A stretch of DNA of 64,000 bases, taken from contig CM026547.1 of NCBI GenBank assembly GCA_014905635.1, forward strand, positions 4,092,001 through 4,156,000, read 5' to 3'. The stretch comes from Scenedesmus sp. PABB004 (Eukaryota). A program made the translations under genes and the position numbers. Below the pieces are notes generated by a model. It did not search any database. It saw only the letters and a list, made by a program, of their open reading frames with translations, and was not told the origin of the DNA. Shown here piece by piece: positions 21,585-33,927 of the stretch (the first letter of the stretch is position 1; each line of letters starts with the position of its first letter).

Positions 21585-24500
21585 ATGGGCAACACGCGCA
21601 GCCGTCTGCGGGAGCGGCGGTCAGCGGTCACGGTAAGCGCGCTCCGGGCCGGCGGCGCCGCCGGCGTGAGCCGCGCCGCGCTGCTGGCAGCAGCAGCGCT
21701 CCCGCCCCACGCCGCTCTCGCCCCACGCCGCCCTCTGTGTGCAGGCGCCGCCCCTGACCGGCGGCGACGCCCCTCACGGCAAGCAGGCGGCGCGGGCCCT
21801 GGGCGTCGCCGTCGCTGCTGCGGGCGGCGCCTTGGCGCCGCCGGCGGCGGCCCCGGCGCGCCTGGGCGTCGCGCCGCACCCGGGCGCGCCGTACGACGTC
21901 GCGGCGAGCGGGCCGCCGCTGCCGCCGTGCGAAGCGGAGCGCCTGGCGGCGAGAGGCCTCGCCGAGGCGGCCGCGCGGCACGCGGCGGCGGCGGGCTGCG
22001 CCGACGCGGCCCCGAAGAGCGAGCTCCAAAACATCCTGCGGTGCGGCGTCGCGGCCGAGGGCGCCGCCGCCGCGCCGCCGCCGCCGCGCCGCGCGCCCAC
22101 CACCGCCGCCGCTCGCCCGCAGGCTGCTCTGCCGCATGTTCAGCACGCCCAACGCCCTCATCGCGCTCTTTGGCGACCGCAGCGTGCACATCATCGACGG
22201 CTCCGGCATATTCAGGGAGGGCACGTTCCCCTGGCAGCACAGCTTCTGCGCGTGGACGCTCGCGAACGAGCAGGCGTCGCTGCTGGTCATCAACGACGTC
22301 CACCAGGACGCGCGGTGCGCGCGCCCGCGCCGCGCCGAGGGCCGCGCGCCGGGCGCCGCCGCGCGCCGGGCGCCGCCGCGCGCCGCCGCGACGCCGCGCG
22401 CCGGGCGCTGCCGCGCGCCGGGCGCCGCCGCGACGCCCCACGCCCGCCGCCCCGCGGCACCGCGGCGCCCCCCGCGCGCGCGCGCAGCTTCTGCTCCAAC
22501 CCGGTCGCCGCGGCGTACGGCATTCGCTTCTACGCCGGCGCGCCGCTCGTGGGCAGCGGCGGGCACCGCCTCGGCACCATCTGCTTTGCCGACATGAAGC
22601 CGCGCGTCTTTGACGCGCACTCGCTCAAGGTGCTGTCCAACTTTGCCGAGCTGGTCACGCGGGAGATTGAGAAGGACCTCATGCTCGCGGCGGCGGCGCA
22701 GGCGGCGACCGCGGCCGCCGCCGGCGGCCGCGCCGGCGGCGCCGGCGGCGCCGGGGCGACGCGGCGGCGGCCGCGCGCGCGCGCCTGCTGCGCACCACCG
22801 ACTGCGTGGGCAGGTGCGCGCCGCCGGCGCGCGGCGCGGTGCTGCGCCGCCGGCGCGCGGCCGGCCCCGGCCTCTTTGCCCTGGCTCACCCGCTGCCGCG
22901 CGCGCCCCGCAGCGCGGTGCTCGTCGTTGATGCCGCGTCGCCGCGCTGGCACGTGCTGCACGCCAACCGTGCGTACGTCGAGGCGAGCACCGAGGGCAGC
23001 GCCGTGGTGGGCCAGCCGCTCTGGCCGCGCCTCGCGCCGCAGCTGTGCGGCGGCGGCGGCGGCGGCGAGGCGCTGGACGAGGGCGCCGTGGCGGCGCTCG
23101 TCGCAGCGCGGCAGTCGTTCACGCTGCGCGGCGTGCAGCTCGAGGGCTGGCCGGGCGCTCGGCTGATGCTGAGCTTCAGGTGCGGCAGCGCCGGTGGCCA
23201 CCGCGCCGGCAGGCGGCGCCGCGTGCGGCGTGCGGCCGCGCCGCGCACCCGCGGCGCGCCGAGCCCGGCCGCCGCCTACCACGGCGCGCGCAGGTGCGCG
23301 GGCGCGTCCGAGGTGGACGGCGCCGTGGGCATCTGCACCCCGAGCTTCGTCCCCGACGACGCGGCGAGCGTGGCGGCCGCGGCCGCGGCGCTCGCGGCCG
23401 GCGCGGGCGGCAGCGCGGTGGACGCGTGCACGATGGACTCCGCGCCTGCAAGCCTTTACTTTGTCACAGTCAGCCGGCAGCAGGGCCAGCAGGGCCAGCA
23501 GCAGCAGCAGGGCAGCGGCGGGGCGTCGCTGACACCCTGCGCGCTGCCGCAGCTGAGCCAGGAGGAGGTGGTGGCGCAGCACCTGCGGCACCGCAACGCG
23601 GGGCTGGTCGTGCTCGCCAGCACGCCGCGGGGCGACGGCGGCTCGCCCCGCAGCGCCGCGCTGCACAGCTCCGACCTCGCCGGCAGCGCCAGCGGCAGCG
23701 CCAGCGCCTGCAGCAGCGCGTCGCGCCTGTGCAGCTTCACGAGCGCCGCGGCGGCGCGCGTCGTGTGCGGGCACATCGCGGGGCTCACGCTCGGCGGCCT
23801 CATTGCGGGCGGGAGCTACGGCCGCGTGTTTGCAGGCGACTACTACGGCGCGCGCGTGGCGGTCAAGGTGCTTGACAGCGACCGCGTGCTGCGCCGCGAG
23901 GCGGGCACGGGGCTGTGCCTAGAGGCGCTGCTGGGGCAGCAGCTCAAGCACCCCTGCATCGTCAGCACGCTCGCGTGGGCGGTGGTCACCGGCAAGGTGC
24001 GGCCGCGGCCGCGGCCGCGCGCCGGGCGCGGCGCGGCGCCGCGCCCCGACCCGCCAGCGCCGCGCCGCCGCCGCCAGGAGCGGGTGCCCACCGCGGAGCG
24101 GCTGTGGGGCGAGACGCTGGACGCCGGCCGGCCCGCGCACGGCCAGGGCGTCCCGGGCGCGGCGCCGGGCGGCGGGGGCAGCGGCGAGCGCGGCGGCGCG
24201 GCGGCGGCGCCGGGGCAGGGCGACACCACGGGCACGCCCCAGCACGAGGCGGCGGCGGAGGAGGAGGACGACGATGACAGCGACACGGCGACGGCGGCGG
24301 CGGGGTGGATCAGCCGCGATGCGATCATGGGCGGCCAGACCTGGCTGGTGCTGGAGTACTGCGACAAAGGCTGCCTGCAGGTGGGTGGGGGCGCGCGCGC
24401 GCGCGCGCGCGCGCGCGCGCGGCTCTGGCCCCGCCGTGGCGGCGGCAGCGGTCCCACGCCGGCGCCGCCGACGCCCGCGCCGGCCGCCGCCGCAGGATGC

Positions 24501-25687
24501 CATCGACCGGGGGTGGCTGCGCGAGTCGCCCAGCGGGTCGGTCGACGTCGTGCGCGTGCTGGTGCGCGCGCCGCGCCGCGCGCCGCGTGCCGCGCGCCGC
24601 GTGCCGCGCGCCGCGTGGCTCGCGCCCACGCGCGCAGCCGGCGGCGCCGCCGCTGCGCTGCCGCGGCCCGCGCGCGCGCCCACCGCCGCGCGGCCGCCGC
24701 AGGCCACCGCGGCGGAGATTGCGGCTGGCATGCAGCAGCTGCACGCGGCCGACATCGTCCACGGCGACCTCAGCCCATACAACGTGCTGCTGAGCAGGCG
24801 CGGCACGGGGCGGAGCGGGGCGGAGCGGGCCGGACTCAGCGGCGGGCCCCGCGCGCGCGGCGGCCGCGCGCGCGCGCCCGCGCCAAGCTGCCCCGCCGCA
24901 CGCGTGCGCCGCGCAGCGCCGACCCCAACGCCGCCGTGGGCGGCCGGGGGTTTGTGGCAAAGCTGGCCGATTTTGGTGGGTGGCGCCGCGCCGCGAGAGC
25001 CGGCGGCGCGCGGGAGCGGCCCGCCGGGGCGCGCGCAGCCCGTGCCGGCGGCGCAGCCCACGCGCGCGCCCCGCCCGCCGCCCCGACGCGCGCAGGGCTG
25101 TCGCGGCCGCTCGTGGGCAGCAAGGTGCAGACCAAGCATTACGGGACGCTCACGGCCATGGCACCCGAGGTCCGCGCCCCGGCCGGCGCTCGCCGCGGCC
25201 CGCACGGCCAGCGGGCCATGGCTCACGCGGCGCCGCGGCGCCGCGGCACGCAGGTGCTGGAGCACGGCCTCGTGTCCAAGGCAGCCGACGTGTACAGCTT
25301 TGGCGTCCTTCTGTGGTCGGTGCGTCGCCGCGCCGCGCGCGCACGGCACCGCGCCTGCAGCACGCCCGACGCGCGGCCGACGCGCGCCGCCGCCGCCGCC
25401 GCCGCCGCCGCCTGCAGATGGCGTGCTGCTCGCGCGCGTGGGCGGGCATGTCGCACCAGGCGGTCGTGCGGGCGGTGTGCGTGGAGCGGCTGTCGCTGAG
25501 CTTCCCCGCGACTGCGCCGGAGCCGGTCGCGATGCTCGCGGCCGCGTGCATGTCGCGCGACCCGGACGAGCGCCCCAGCGCCGCCGACATCTTGGACATA
25601 CTCGACCCGCTCACGGCGCTGCTGGTCGACCTCGCGCGCCCCGCGCGGCACGGCGGCGGCCCGGCGCCACAGCTCTGCAGCGCCTGA
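21585..25687 (+). CDS. GAF + PAS-like + TKL-type protein kinase, ~13 exons
   Basis: MGNTRS start, GAF motifs (SFCAWT, DARF, IRFYAGAPL, LGTICFAD), PAS-like AVLVVDA..WHVLHANRAY, kinase GGSYGRVF/VAVKV/LVLEYCDKGCL/HGDLSPYNVLL/DFGLSR/MAPE/DVYSFG. Needs a 1-nt correction at ~22753-22756. Confidence 0.88.
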
Positions 25688-26443
25688 CGGCGGGCCGCCA
25701 GGCCGCCGCGGGCGCACGCGCGGGGCGCAGCACTGCCATATCTTGGGATCGCTGCTTGGGCATTCGCTGCTCGGTCGTGCGGCCGTGAGCGGGCCGCTGC
25801 TTTGTTTGCTTGTTACGCGCCTGAAACTGCTGCGCGTGCTCGCCAATTGAAAAGAAATGGAAAAGTGATGGAAAGGGATGCTCAGTCAGCTGCAGCTGCA
25901 GCTCCGACCAATGTCGAGGCGGCACCCGACACCCGCCCACACCCCGCTCGGCACACAGGGCGCCGCCGCACACGCGTACTCGACCCGCGCGCGGCTGGCA
26001 CAATTGGGACAATGGGGGGGGGGGGGCAGGGATCAGGGGAAGCAGGTTCCGAAGTAGTAGGCAGTGCGCGACGCCGTGCGCTGCGGAGCAGCTTGGGCAG
26101 CAGCAGCACCGAGAGGCCGCACGCTCGCTCGCGCTCAGCGGTCGATGCCCACACAAGGGTCCAGCTAGGGTGGCAAACAAGAGGAGAGGAAACACAGCCG
26201 AGGTGACGGAGGGTGCTCAGCACGGCCCAGCACCATGAGCGAGCCTCAGCACGCCGCTGAGGGGCGGCGAGGCATGACCCCGACAGCTCAGCACACGTTG
26301 AGTTCAGCGCCCCACCCGTTCCACGCACCAAAGCACAGCGCCACAGGCAAGAGATGGGGTGCGCCACGAGACCTGCGAAAATGCACAACGTCCACCACGA
26401 CAACCTTGGGCGCCGTCAACCACCTTCCACCCACTCCCCCTCC

Positions 26444-28071
26444 TCACACCCACGACTCCACAGACACGAGGTGCGCCGCGAGCGGCTCCGACACGCCCAG
26501 CACGGCCTCGCCGCTCAGCGCGTTGCCCGCGCTGTCACAGCCAGGGGCGCAGGGGCCAGATAGGATGCAGGGCGCGTAGCCGGCCGACAGGCCCAGCGCG
26601 CAGGGGGCGCTGGCAAGCATCGCGCCGGACGCCGCCGGGAGCGGCAGCCCGGGCGTGCAGGGCGCCGCCAGCCCGCCGCCGCACACCGCGTCGCCCGCGA
26701 GCGCGGCGCGCGCGCTGTGCTGCGCGAGCAGCAGGTGCTGCAGCTCCGCCTGCTTCTGCTGCAGCTGCAGCTGCTGCAGCTCCGCCTGCTTCTGCTGCAC
26801 CTGCAGCTGCAGCAGCAGCTCGGGCGCCGTGGGCGCCTGCGGCGGCGGAGCCACCAGGCCCGCGCTCGTCGCGGGCATGAACACCAGCTGCGCCCCGCCA
26901 GGGTTGAGGCCAGCGCCTGCGAGCTGGTAGAACCCCAGCTCGCCGCCGCCGTCGCCAAAGAGGCTGGGCGCGGCGCTGATCGAGCCCTGGCTGCTCGTGA
27001 AGCTGCTCTCGCGCAGCTGCGTGAAGCTGCCCTCGCGCAGCTGCGCCGGCGACGCCCAGCCGGCGAGCTCGCCGGCGCCCGCGGGGTCGGCGAGCGCGCA
27101 CTGCGGCGCCGCGAGCGCCGCGGCAACGCCGTCCGGCAGCGGCGCCGCCGCGGCGCAGGCCTCGCGCGCGGGCGCGCGCAGCTCCGCGGGGTGGTGCGCG
27201 AAGAAGCAGAGCGAGCGGCGGCAGGCCGTGCCGCCGCGGCACATCTGCGTCCTGTAGCGCTGCGGATGCAGCCAGTACTCAAACAGCTGCGGCGTGCGGA
27301 GGGCGGAGCCGCGTCAGCGGGGGCGGCTGGCCGCGCGGCGGCTGGGCGCGCGGCGGCTGGCTGCGCGGCGGCTGGCTGCGCGGCGCGTGCGCACCGTGTG
27401 CGCGTAGGGGCACTGCAGGCCGTTGCGGCACTCGCCCTTGGCGGCGTTGGGGCAGATGCAGGAGGAGTAGGCGAAGAGCCGGGGGTCGCGGCGGCGCGCC
27501 TTCTCCTTGTCGTGCGCGAACGGGCAGGCGCCCCAGTCGTGGCTGAAGCGCTTGGGGCACAGGGCGACCTGCGCGGCGCCGGGGGAGGGGGCTCAGACTG
27601 GGGCGCTGCGCCACCGCTGGGGCGCTGGGGCGCTGGGGCACTGGGGCGGTGCGCCGGCGCCCGCCGGCGGTCGCACGCGCGCGCCGGCGGCGGCGGCGGC
27701 CGGCGCACCTTGTAGACGTGGACGTAAAACTCCGCCGTGGTGTCGGCGTCGGCGTTGGGACCGATGACGCCCCAGTGGGGCGGCGCCAGGGAGCCGCTGG
27801 GCGCCTGCGGGGCGCGGGGAGGGATGGTGAGCGGAGGGATGGGGTGACCAGGCCGGCACGCTTCGTCAACCTCCGCGCCGAGCGCCGACCAGGCCGCGCG
27901 CGTGCCGCGTGCGGCTGACGAGTCTGGCGACAAGCGCAGTGCGCGCCGCGGCGCGCCCCGCAGCGGCCCGCGCCGCCCGCCCGGCACTGCTGCACGCCCG
28001 CGCACCCGCGGCGCCGCGTCGGCGAAGGCGGAGCCTGCGCCAGGCGCTAACTCCAGGGGCGACATCATCAT
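26444..28071 (-). CDS. Plant-type RR-TZF tandem CCCH zinc-finger RNA-binding protein, 4 exons
   Basis: [37 protein letters not shown]...C-x7-C-x5-C-x3-H...[16 protein letters not shown]5-C-x4-CFFAH..ELR, followed by a Gln-rich tail. Confidence 0.92.
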
Positions 28072-28884
28072 CAGGCTCGGCGAGGGCAGGTCGCGATCAG
28101 GCTAGCCGGCAGCAGTCGTGAGGCAGCAGGTTGGCGGTAGCTGCGCGCGTGGGAGGCGACTCGGGGGCCAGGGAGGTGACCTTTGTGGGCCGGTCGACGC
28201 ACGGCGCCTTCAATCGCCGGGCGGGGAGCGGGCGGCAGGCGGGGGGACCCCGGGGGGCGCTGCAAAACGAGCTCCCGGGTTGCACCTCATCATCGCCCCC
28301 GGCGCCCGGCACGTCCGCCTCGCAGGCCGCGCTCCCAGGCAACAACACAGGGTGGCAGTGGCCAAAGCCGCGGCAGCAGCCCCCGGCCCGCCCCCTGCGG
28401 GCGGCGCAGCTGACGTCACTGGCGCGGCGCTGCTGCCGCCCTGGGCGGCCCGGGCGGCGGGCGCCGCGGCGCCGGGGATGCAGCCACGCTCGGCTGTAGA
28501 CGCTGCGCGCGCCTTCTCCGGCGGACGGCGGCTGTTTGAGCCAGACGGCCGGCCGCCGCCCGGAGACGCCGCGGAAATAGCACAGCGGCGGCGACGAAAG
28601 CCCCGCCCGCCGGGCCGGAATTGAGCAGCGCCGTAGTTGCGACGTCTCCGATGGCGAAACGCGGCCGAAGATCGTTCGCAATCGTGGTGCGATCGCGTGC
28701 CCGATAGCAGCTCGCCTGCGTCGATCGCGGTGCCGCCACGGCCCGCCGCCCCGCCCATTAGCGCCCCCAACGCGCCTGCCCCGACTTGGAGCTACGACGG
28801 TCGGGGCGCGGCGCTTGCGTGCCGCTGGGCTGCTGCTGGGCTTCCCGTCCACACGTCGCCACCCACCCGCGCGTGCGGCACGCG

Positions 28885-30365
28885 ATGGAGGCCGTGCCCG
28901 CCAGTGTGAGTCGGAGTCTCGCCCAGCCGCACGCTGGGCGCGCCCGCTGCAGCTGGCCGGCCGCCAGTGAGCGCCGCCGCCGCCGCCGCCGCCGCCTGCG
29001 CACCGCAGGACGACGCGCCGCCCCCGCCGCCGGCGTGGGCGCACGGCGGGCTGTTCTTCGCGCGCTGCCCGCCAGCCGTCCCGCAGCACGAGCTCGTCGG
29101 CCTCTTCTCGCGCTGGGGCGCGGTGCGCGAGCTGACCGTGTATCGGCGCTGGTCGGGCGCCAAGACCCACAAGGGCTGCGGCGTCGTGGTCTTCGCCGAC
29201 CCCGCCGCGGCGGCCGCGGCCCAGGCGGCGCTGCACGGCGCGCACGTGTTCCCCGGCGCCGACTCGGCACTCGTGGTACAGGCCTTCGACCCCCCGCGCG
29301 TGCTGCTGGCCAGGCAGGCCGAGCGCGCGGCGGCGTCCGCGGCCGCGGCGGCAGCGCGCGCACCAGGTGAGCAGGGGGGAAGAGAGTGTGGGGGGGGGGG
29401 GGGCAGCAGCGCGGCACCGCGGGCGAGTACCAGGGCGAGTGCAGGCTCCGCCAGCGCCGCGCGCCACGCGCGCCGCCCCCGCCGCCCGCGCCGCCCCCGC
29501 CAGGGGCCAAGCTGGCTGAGCGCAGGGGTGTGCCCGCGGCCGGCCTGGCCTCGACCCTGAATCGGCTGTCGGCGGACGCGCTGTGCTCAGTCTGGAAGCG
29601 CCCGGCCGGGGGCGACCGCCGCGCGTCGTGCGACGACGGCCTGTCCAGCATGGTGCGCGCGGCCACACCGCGGCGGGGCGGCGCGCCCCGCTGAGACCTT
29701 GCGGCTGCCCCCTCCCGCGCGCGGCGCGCCTCACGCGCGATTCGCGCCGCCTCCCCGGCGTAGGCGCTGCGCATCCCGCCGCCCCTGGTGCTGCCGCACC
29801 GCAACTCCCTCTCCGCGCCGCTGCCCGAGCTCACACCGCCCGGCGGCCGCGCCGGCCTCGCCGGGGGCTGCGCGCCGGGCGCGAGCTCCTGGGCAGCCGC
29901 CGGCGGCGCGGCCCGCCACCTCGCCTTGAGTCCGGACGCGCCGGCAGCTGCAGCCCCGCCGACCCGAGCGCGCGAAAGGCAGGCCTCCTGGGCAGCCCGC
30001 CCGGCGCGCAGCCGGGCGCGGCCGGCGGCGCCGGGCTGCTCCCGCCCGCGGCGCCCGTGGTGCTCGCCTCGCCCGCGGCGCCCGCGGCGCTCGCCTCGCC
30101 CTCGGGGCCCGTGGCGCTCACCTCGCCCTCGGGGCCCGTGGCGGGCCCAGGCCCGGGCGCGGGCGGGGGACCTCCGCCGGTTGAGCGCGTGATGGCGCTC
30201 ACGCCCGAGGCGACGCGCGCGATCGGGACGGGCATGGGCACCGTGGCGGCGCTGTCGGGCGCGCAGGTCGACATCATCGCCCACCGCGCCGCGACGCGCC
30301 TGCGCCTGCGCGGCAGCGACGCGCAGGTCGAGAGCGCGTGCGCCCTCATCCGCCTGCTGCTGTGA
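28885..30365 (+). CDS. RRM (CELF/Bruno-like) plus C-terminal KH-like RNA-binding protein
   Basis: LFFARCP...LFSRWGAVREL...HKGCGVVVF...AQAALHG..FPGADSALVV, and C-terminal VAALSGAQVDI...LRLRGSDAQVESACALI. Introns 28906-29008, 29368-29503, 29653-29763. Needs a 1-nt correction at ~29954-29957. Confidence 0.7.
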
Positions 30366-31816
30366 CGTGGCGCGCGCGAGCGGCGGCGGCGGCTCGCCGC
30401 GCGCGCCCTCGTGCGCGCGCTGCTGCCGCGCGTGCACGGGCTCCGGAACCGCGCACCCTTGAAGTTTTGGGTTTATTCCGGAAGCGGCGGTTGGTTGGGC
30501 TTGTTTATGGCTAGGCCAGCAATGCACTCTCCTAGGCGGCGGCGCTGCCCGCGCCCGCTGCGCTGGTTGCGCTGTTTGATCCTGCATCCTGCACGCGTCA
30601 CGCGCGTCGCGTCGAGCTTCCGTCCTGCATGGCGCGCGCCCTCGGAGGGCGCGCGCCCGCCGCACGCATCTGAATCAAGCGCTGCTGCTGGCGCCCGCCG
30701 CTCTGGCGGGCGCCCGGCGCAGCCAACCCGGGAGGGCGCGGCCCGGCCGCCGCCTGGGCATGCCTGGGGGAGGGGGCAGAGGAGCGGTCTCTGACGCCGA
30801 CAACCTGCTGGCCGCGGCACATCAACTTGCTGTGTCTAGTACGCACTGAAACAACAGGGCGCCGTCCTTTTGCGCAGCCCAGCACCAACTGCTTTGCGAA
30901 CCGCGGGGAACGGGGAACGGAGGCGGGCAGCGCATCCGTGCGTGTCGTGCGCGTGGGTCTGGACGTCACGCGCGCAGCAGCGCCGCCGATGACGGGCGGC
31001 GGCACGCGCAAGAAGTGGAAGCAAGCGGGGGCAATGTGGAGAGTGTGTGGGCGCGCGCAAGCCACTCTGTCGCAGGCACGAGCACTGTCGCAGGCACGAA
31101 CACGGGGCGCGACGAGGCGAGCATGAGCGTCCAGGTGAAGTGCCCACGGTGTACTGTGCGTGTTTCACGCGTTGCGGTCGAACAACCTGCACGACTGACG
31201 GAAACTCTTCGCCGGCGGAGAGTCAAACGCAGGAGTCAAAGCGCGCGGGCGGCCAATTGGAAATCGATGCGTCGACGCGGCTCGCGGAACGCGCGCTGTG
31301 AATCAGCCCGGGCGCCTGCTGATTCACCGAAGCTCCGCACGCGCGCTCCCGCCGCGCGGCAGCTGCGAGCGGCGCGGGCCGCCGCCGATCGCGCGTGCCA
31401 GGAGCGCGCTCCCCGCGCCCGGCGCGCAATCTGTCCGCACCGTGAGTGGCTCGGGTGCGGCGCCGGGGCCGTCGGGCGCGTCGGGCGGGTCGGTGGTCGG
31501 TCGGGCGCGAAGCGTGTCATTTGTCACCTGCGCCCGCGTAAATGCGCGCGTCCGCTCTCCACTGCCAACTCGCACACGCACCCCAGGCGCAGCGATCGAC
31601 AGCAAACTGCGCGCCTCCCCGACGCACCGACGATCGCGCGCCTTGCCCCTGCGAACGCGCCGCGGCTCCACCCGTCGCGGCGCGCCGACGCCGACGCACG
31701 GCCGGCGCGCCCGGGCCTCGCAGCCGCGGCCGCCGCCGCGGCAGCAGCGCGCGCGTCGCCGCCGCGTCGCGGCCGCCCCGACGCACGCCCGCAGCACGCC
31801 CTCGCTGGGCCGCGCC

Positions 31817-33111
31817 ATGACCGACGGCTCCGGCGCCGACGGGCTGCCCGTGCTGCAGCCCGTCTTCATCCCGCGCGCGCCCGCGGCGAGCGCGCTGGGG
31901 CCGCTGCCCCTCAACTCTCCGCCCGGCGGCCTCGGCTCGGCGGCCTCCGCCGACTGGGCGTTCCTGCTGCGCAGCACGACGGCGCTCTCGGGCGGCGGCG
32001 GCGGCGGGGGCGGCTCGCTCACGCCGCCGCTCGAGCTCGGCTTCCTGGGCGCCTCGCGCGGCGAGAGCCTGTCGGAGCTGCGCTCGTCGCCCCAGGTGCA
32101 CAGCTCGCCCAGCCTGCTCTTCCAGTCGCACAGCAGCCCCGGCGGCGGCGGCGGCGGCGGCAGCAACAACTTCTTCGGCTCGACCTGGGGGCCGCGCGGC
32201 GGCAGCCCCGAGGCCGCCGCGCCCGGCGACGCGCTGGGGCTGGGCCTGGCCTCGGCGCTGAGCAGCGGCAACAACCTCACCACGAAGTCGCTCTCGGCGG
32301 CGATGTACGGCGGCGGCGCCTGCGACGGCGTGCAGACGCTGTACAGCAGCAGCGACACGCTCGCCGCCGTGGCGCGCCAGGCGAACGCGAACGCGAACGC
32401 GAACGCGAACGCGCACGCGCACGCGCACGCGCACGCGCACGCGCACGCGCACGCCCTGCTGCAGCAGCACGCGGCGGTGAGCGGCCTCGCCGGCAGCATG
32501 GTCGGCATGGCACTCGCCGCTGGCGGCGCGCCCGGCGGCGCGGAGCCGCCGGCGCTGGGCGGCAGCCTCTTTGGCGCGGCCGCGGCCGCCGCGGCGGGCT
32601 CGCCCGTGCACAAGGCCGTCTCGTGCAGCCTGTACATTAAGGTGCGGCGCGGCAGGGCGGAGGCAGCCGCGCTCGCGAGCGCGGCTCCCGATCGGCCGCC
32701 GCGCCCACGCCGCCCGGTGCCGCCGCAGAACCTGCCGGCGGACGCGGACCGGCTGTTCCTGTTTGAAAAGTTCTCGCCCTTTGGGGCCATCCTGTCGGTC
32801 AAGGTGCTGACCGACTCGGCGGGCGGGCAGTGCCGGGGCGTGGGCTTTGTCAACTGTGAGCGGCGGGCACGCGCGCGCGCGGGCGCGGGCGCGGGCGGCG
32901 GCTGCCGCGCGCGCGCACGTCCGGCGCCGCGCACGTGCGCGCGCGTCTGACACCGCGCGGCCGCGTGCCGCCGCCGCCCGCAGTCGCGGAGCACGGCGCC
33001 GCGCTGCGCGCCATCCAGGCGATGCACGGCACCAAGGTCGGCGACAAGCTCATGCATGTGAGCCTGCAGACGCCGCGCATCCGCGCCGCGCCGCTGCACA
33101 TGATCGCCTGA
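31817..33111 (+). CDS. Single C-terminal RRM protein with a long low-complexity N-terminus, 3 exons
   Basis: RNP2 SLYIK|NLP, FSPFGAILSVKVL, RNP1 RGVGFVNF, AIQAMHG..GDKLMHVSL. (NA)n(HA)n dipeptide run at ~32381-32455. Confidence 0.88.
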
Positions 33112-33927
33112 GGCGTGTGCGTGTGTGTGTGCGTGTGCGTGTGCGTGCGGGCGTGCGCGCGTGCGTGTTTTGTGTGTGTGGGGGGGGGGGGGGGCTTTTG
33201 GCGGCCAGAGGCTGGCCGGGCGCGAGAGGGAGCACTGCCCCTGGGGCCCGCCGGCGTCGCGGCGGCGGCCCCGACCAACACTAGCTCAGTCCACCTGGCA
33301 GCGCATCTCTCATTGCAGCGCGCCCCCCGAGTCGGCGCGCGGAGGAGGCGGTCAGCGCGCCGTGCCTGCTGCTTCGTATACCCCACAACGCACAAGCCTC
33401 CCTCTCTCTTACGACACAAGCGCTCAATTGCACGCGCTCGCGCGCCTGCGCGGCCGCGCCGGGAGTATTTGGTTCCGCGGCCGGAGGCTCGGCGCGCGCC
33501 GCGATTGCGCGCGCGGCGGCGGCGCGCCAGACTTGATGATTTTGCGCGCGCGTGTACACAAGCTCACAAGGTCTGGCGGGCGAACGAGAATACGACAAAT
33601 CTGAAACCACTCGAGTTGCGCGACGCGTGCGCCGCGTTGCGCCGCTGAACCGCGCTGCGCGCCAAAGCCCCGCCGCTCGGCGCGTCCACTTTCTCCAGCG
33701 CAGCAGCAGTTTCACTCCACACTTGGCACGCCGCCGCCGCCGCCACCGCTCACCCGCGCGTCGCGGCCACCGGTGGCAACAGCAGCAGCAGCAGCGCGCC
33801 GCGCCGCCAGCACACAGGCGGCAGGGCGCGGAGATCTCCCGCCGACGACCCGCGCGTCCGCGAGGCGCGTCCTTGCGGTGCCGATCGGCCAAGCGGGGGC
33901 CGCGCGAGACGCTGCGAGCGCGCGGGA

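Noticed and set aside
28118..28880. Short ORFs between the TZF and RRM-KH genes
   Set aside because: No ATG-initiated GC3-biased frame or recognisable motif. Best read as a divergent promoter/5' UTR region.
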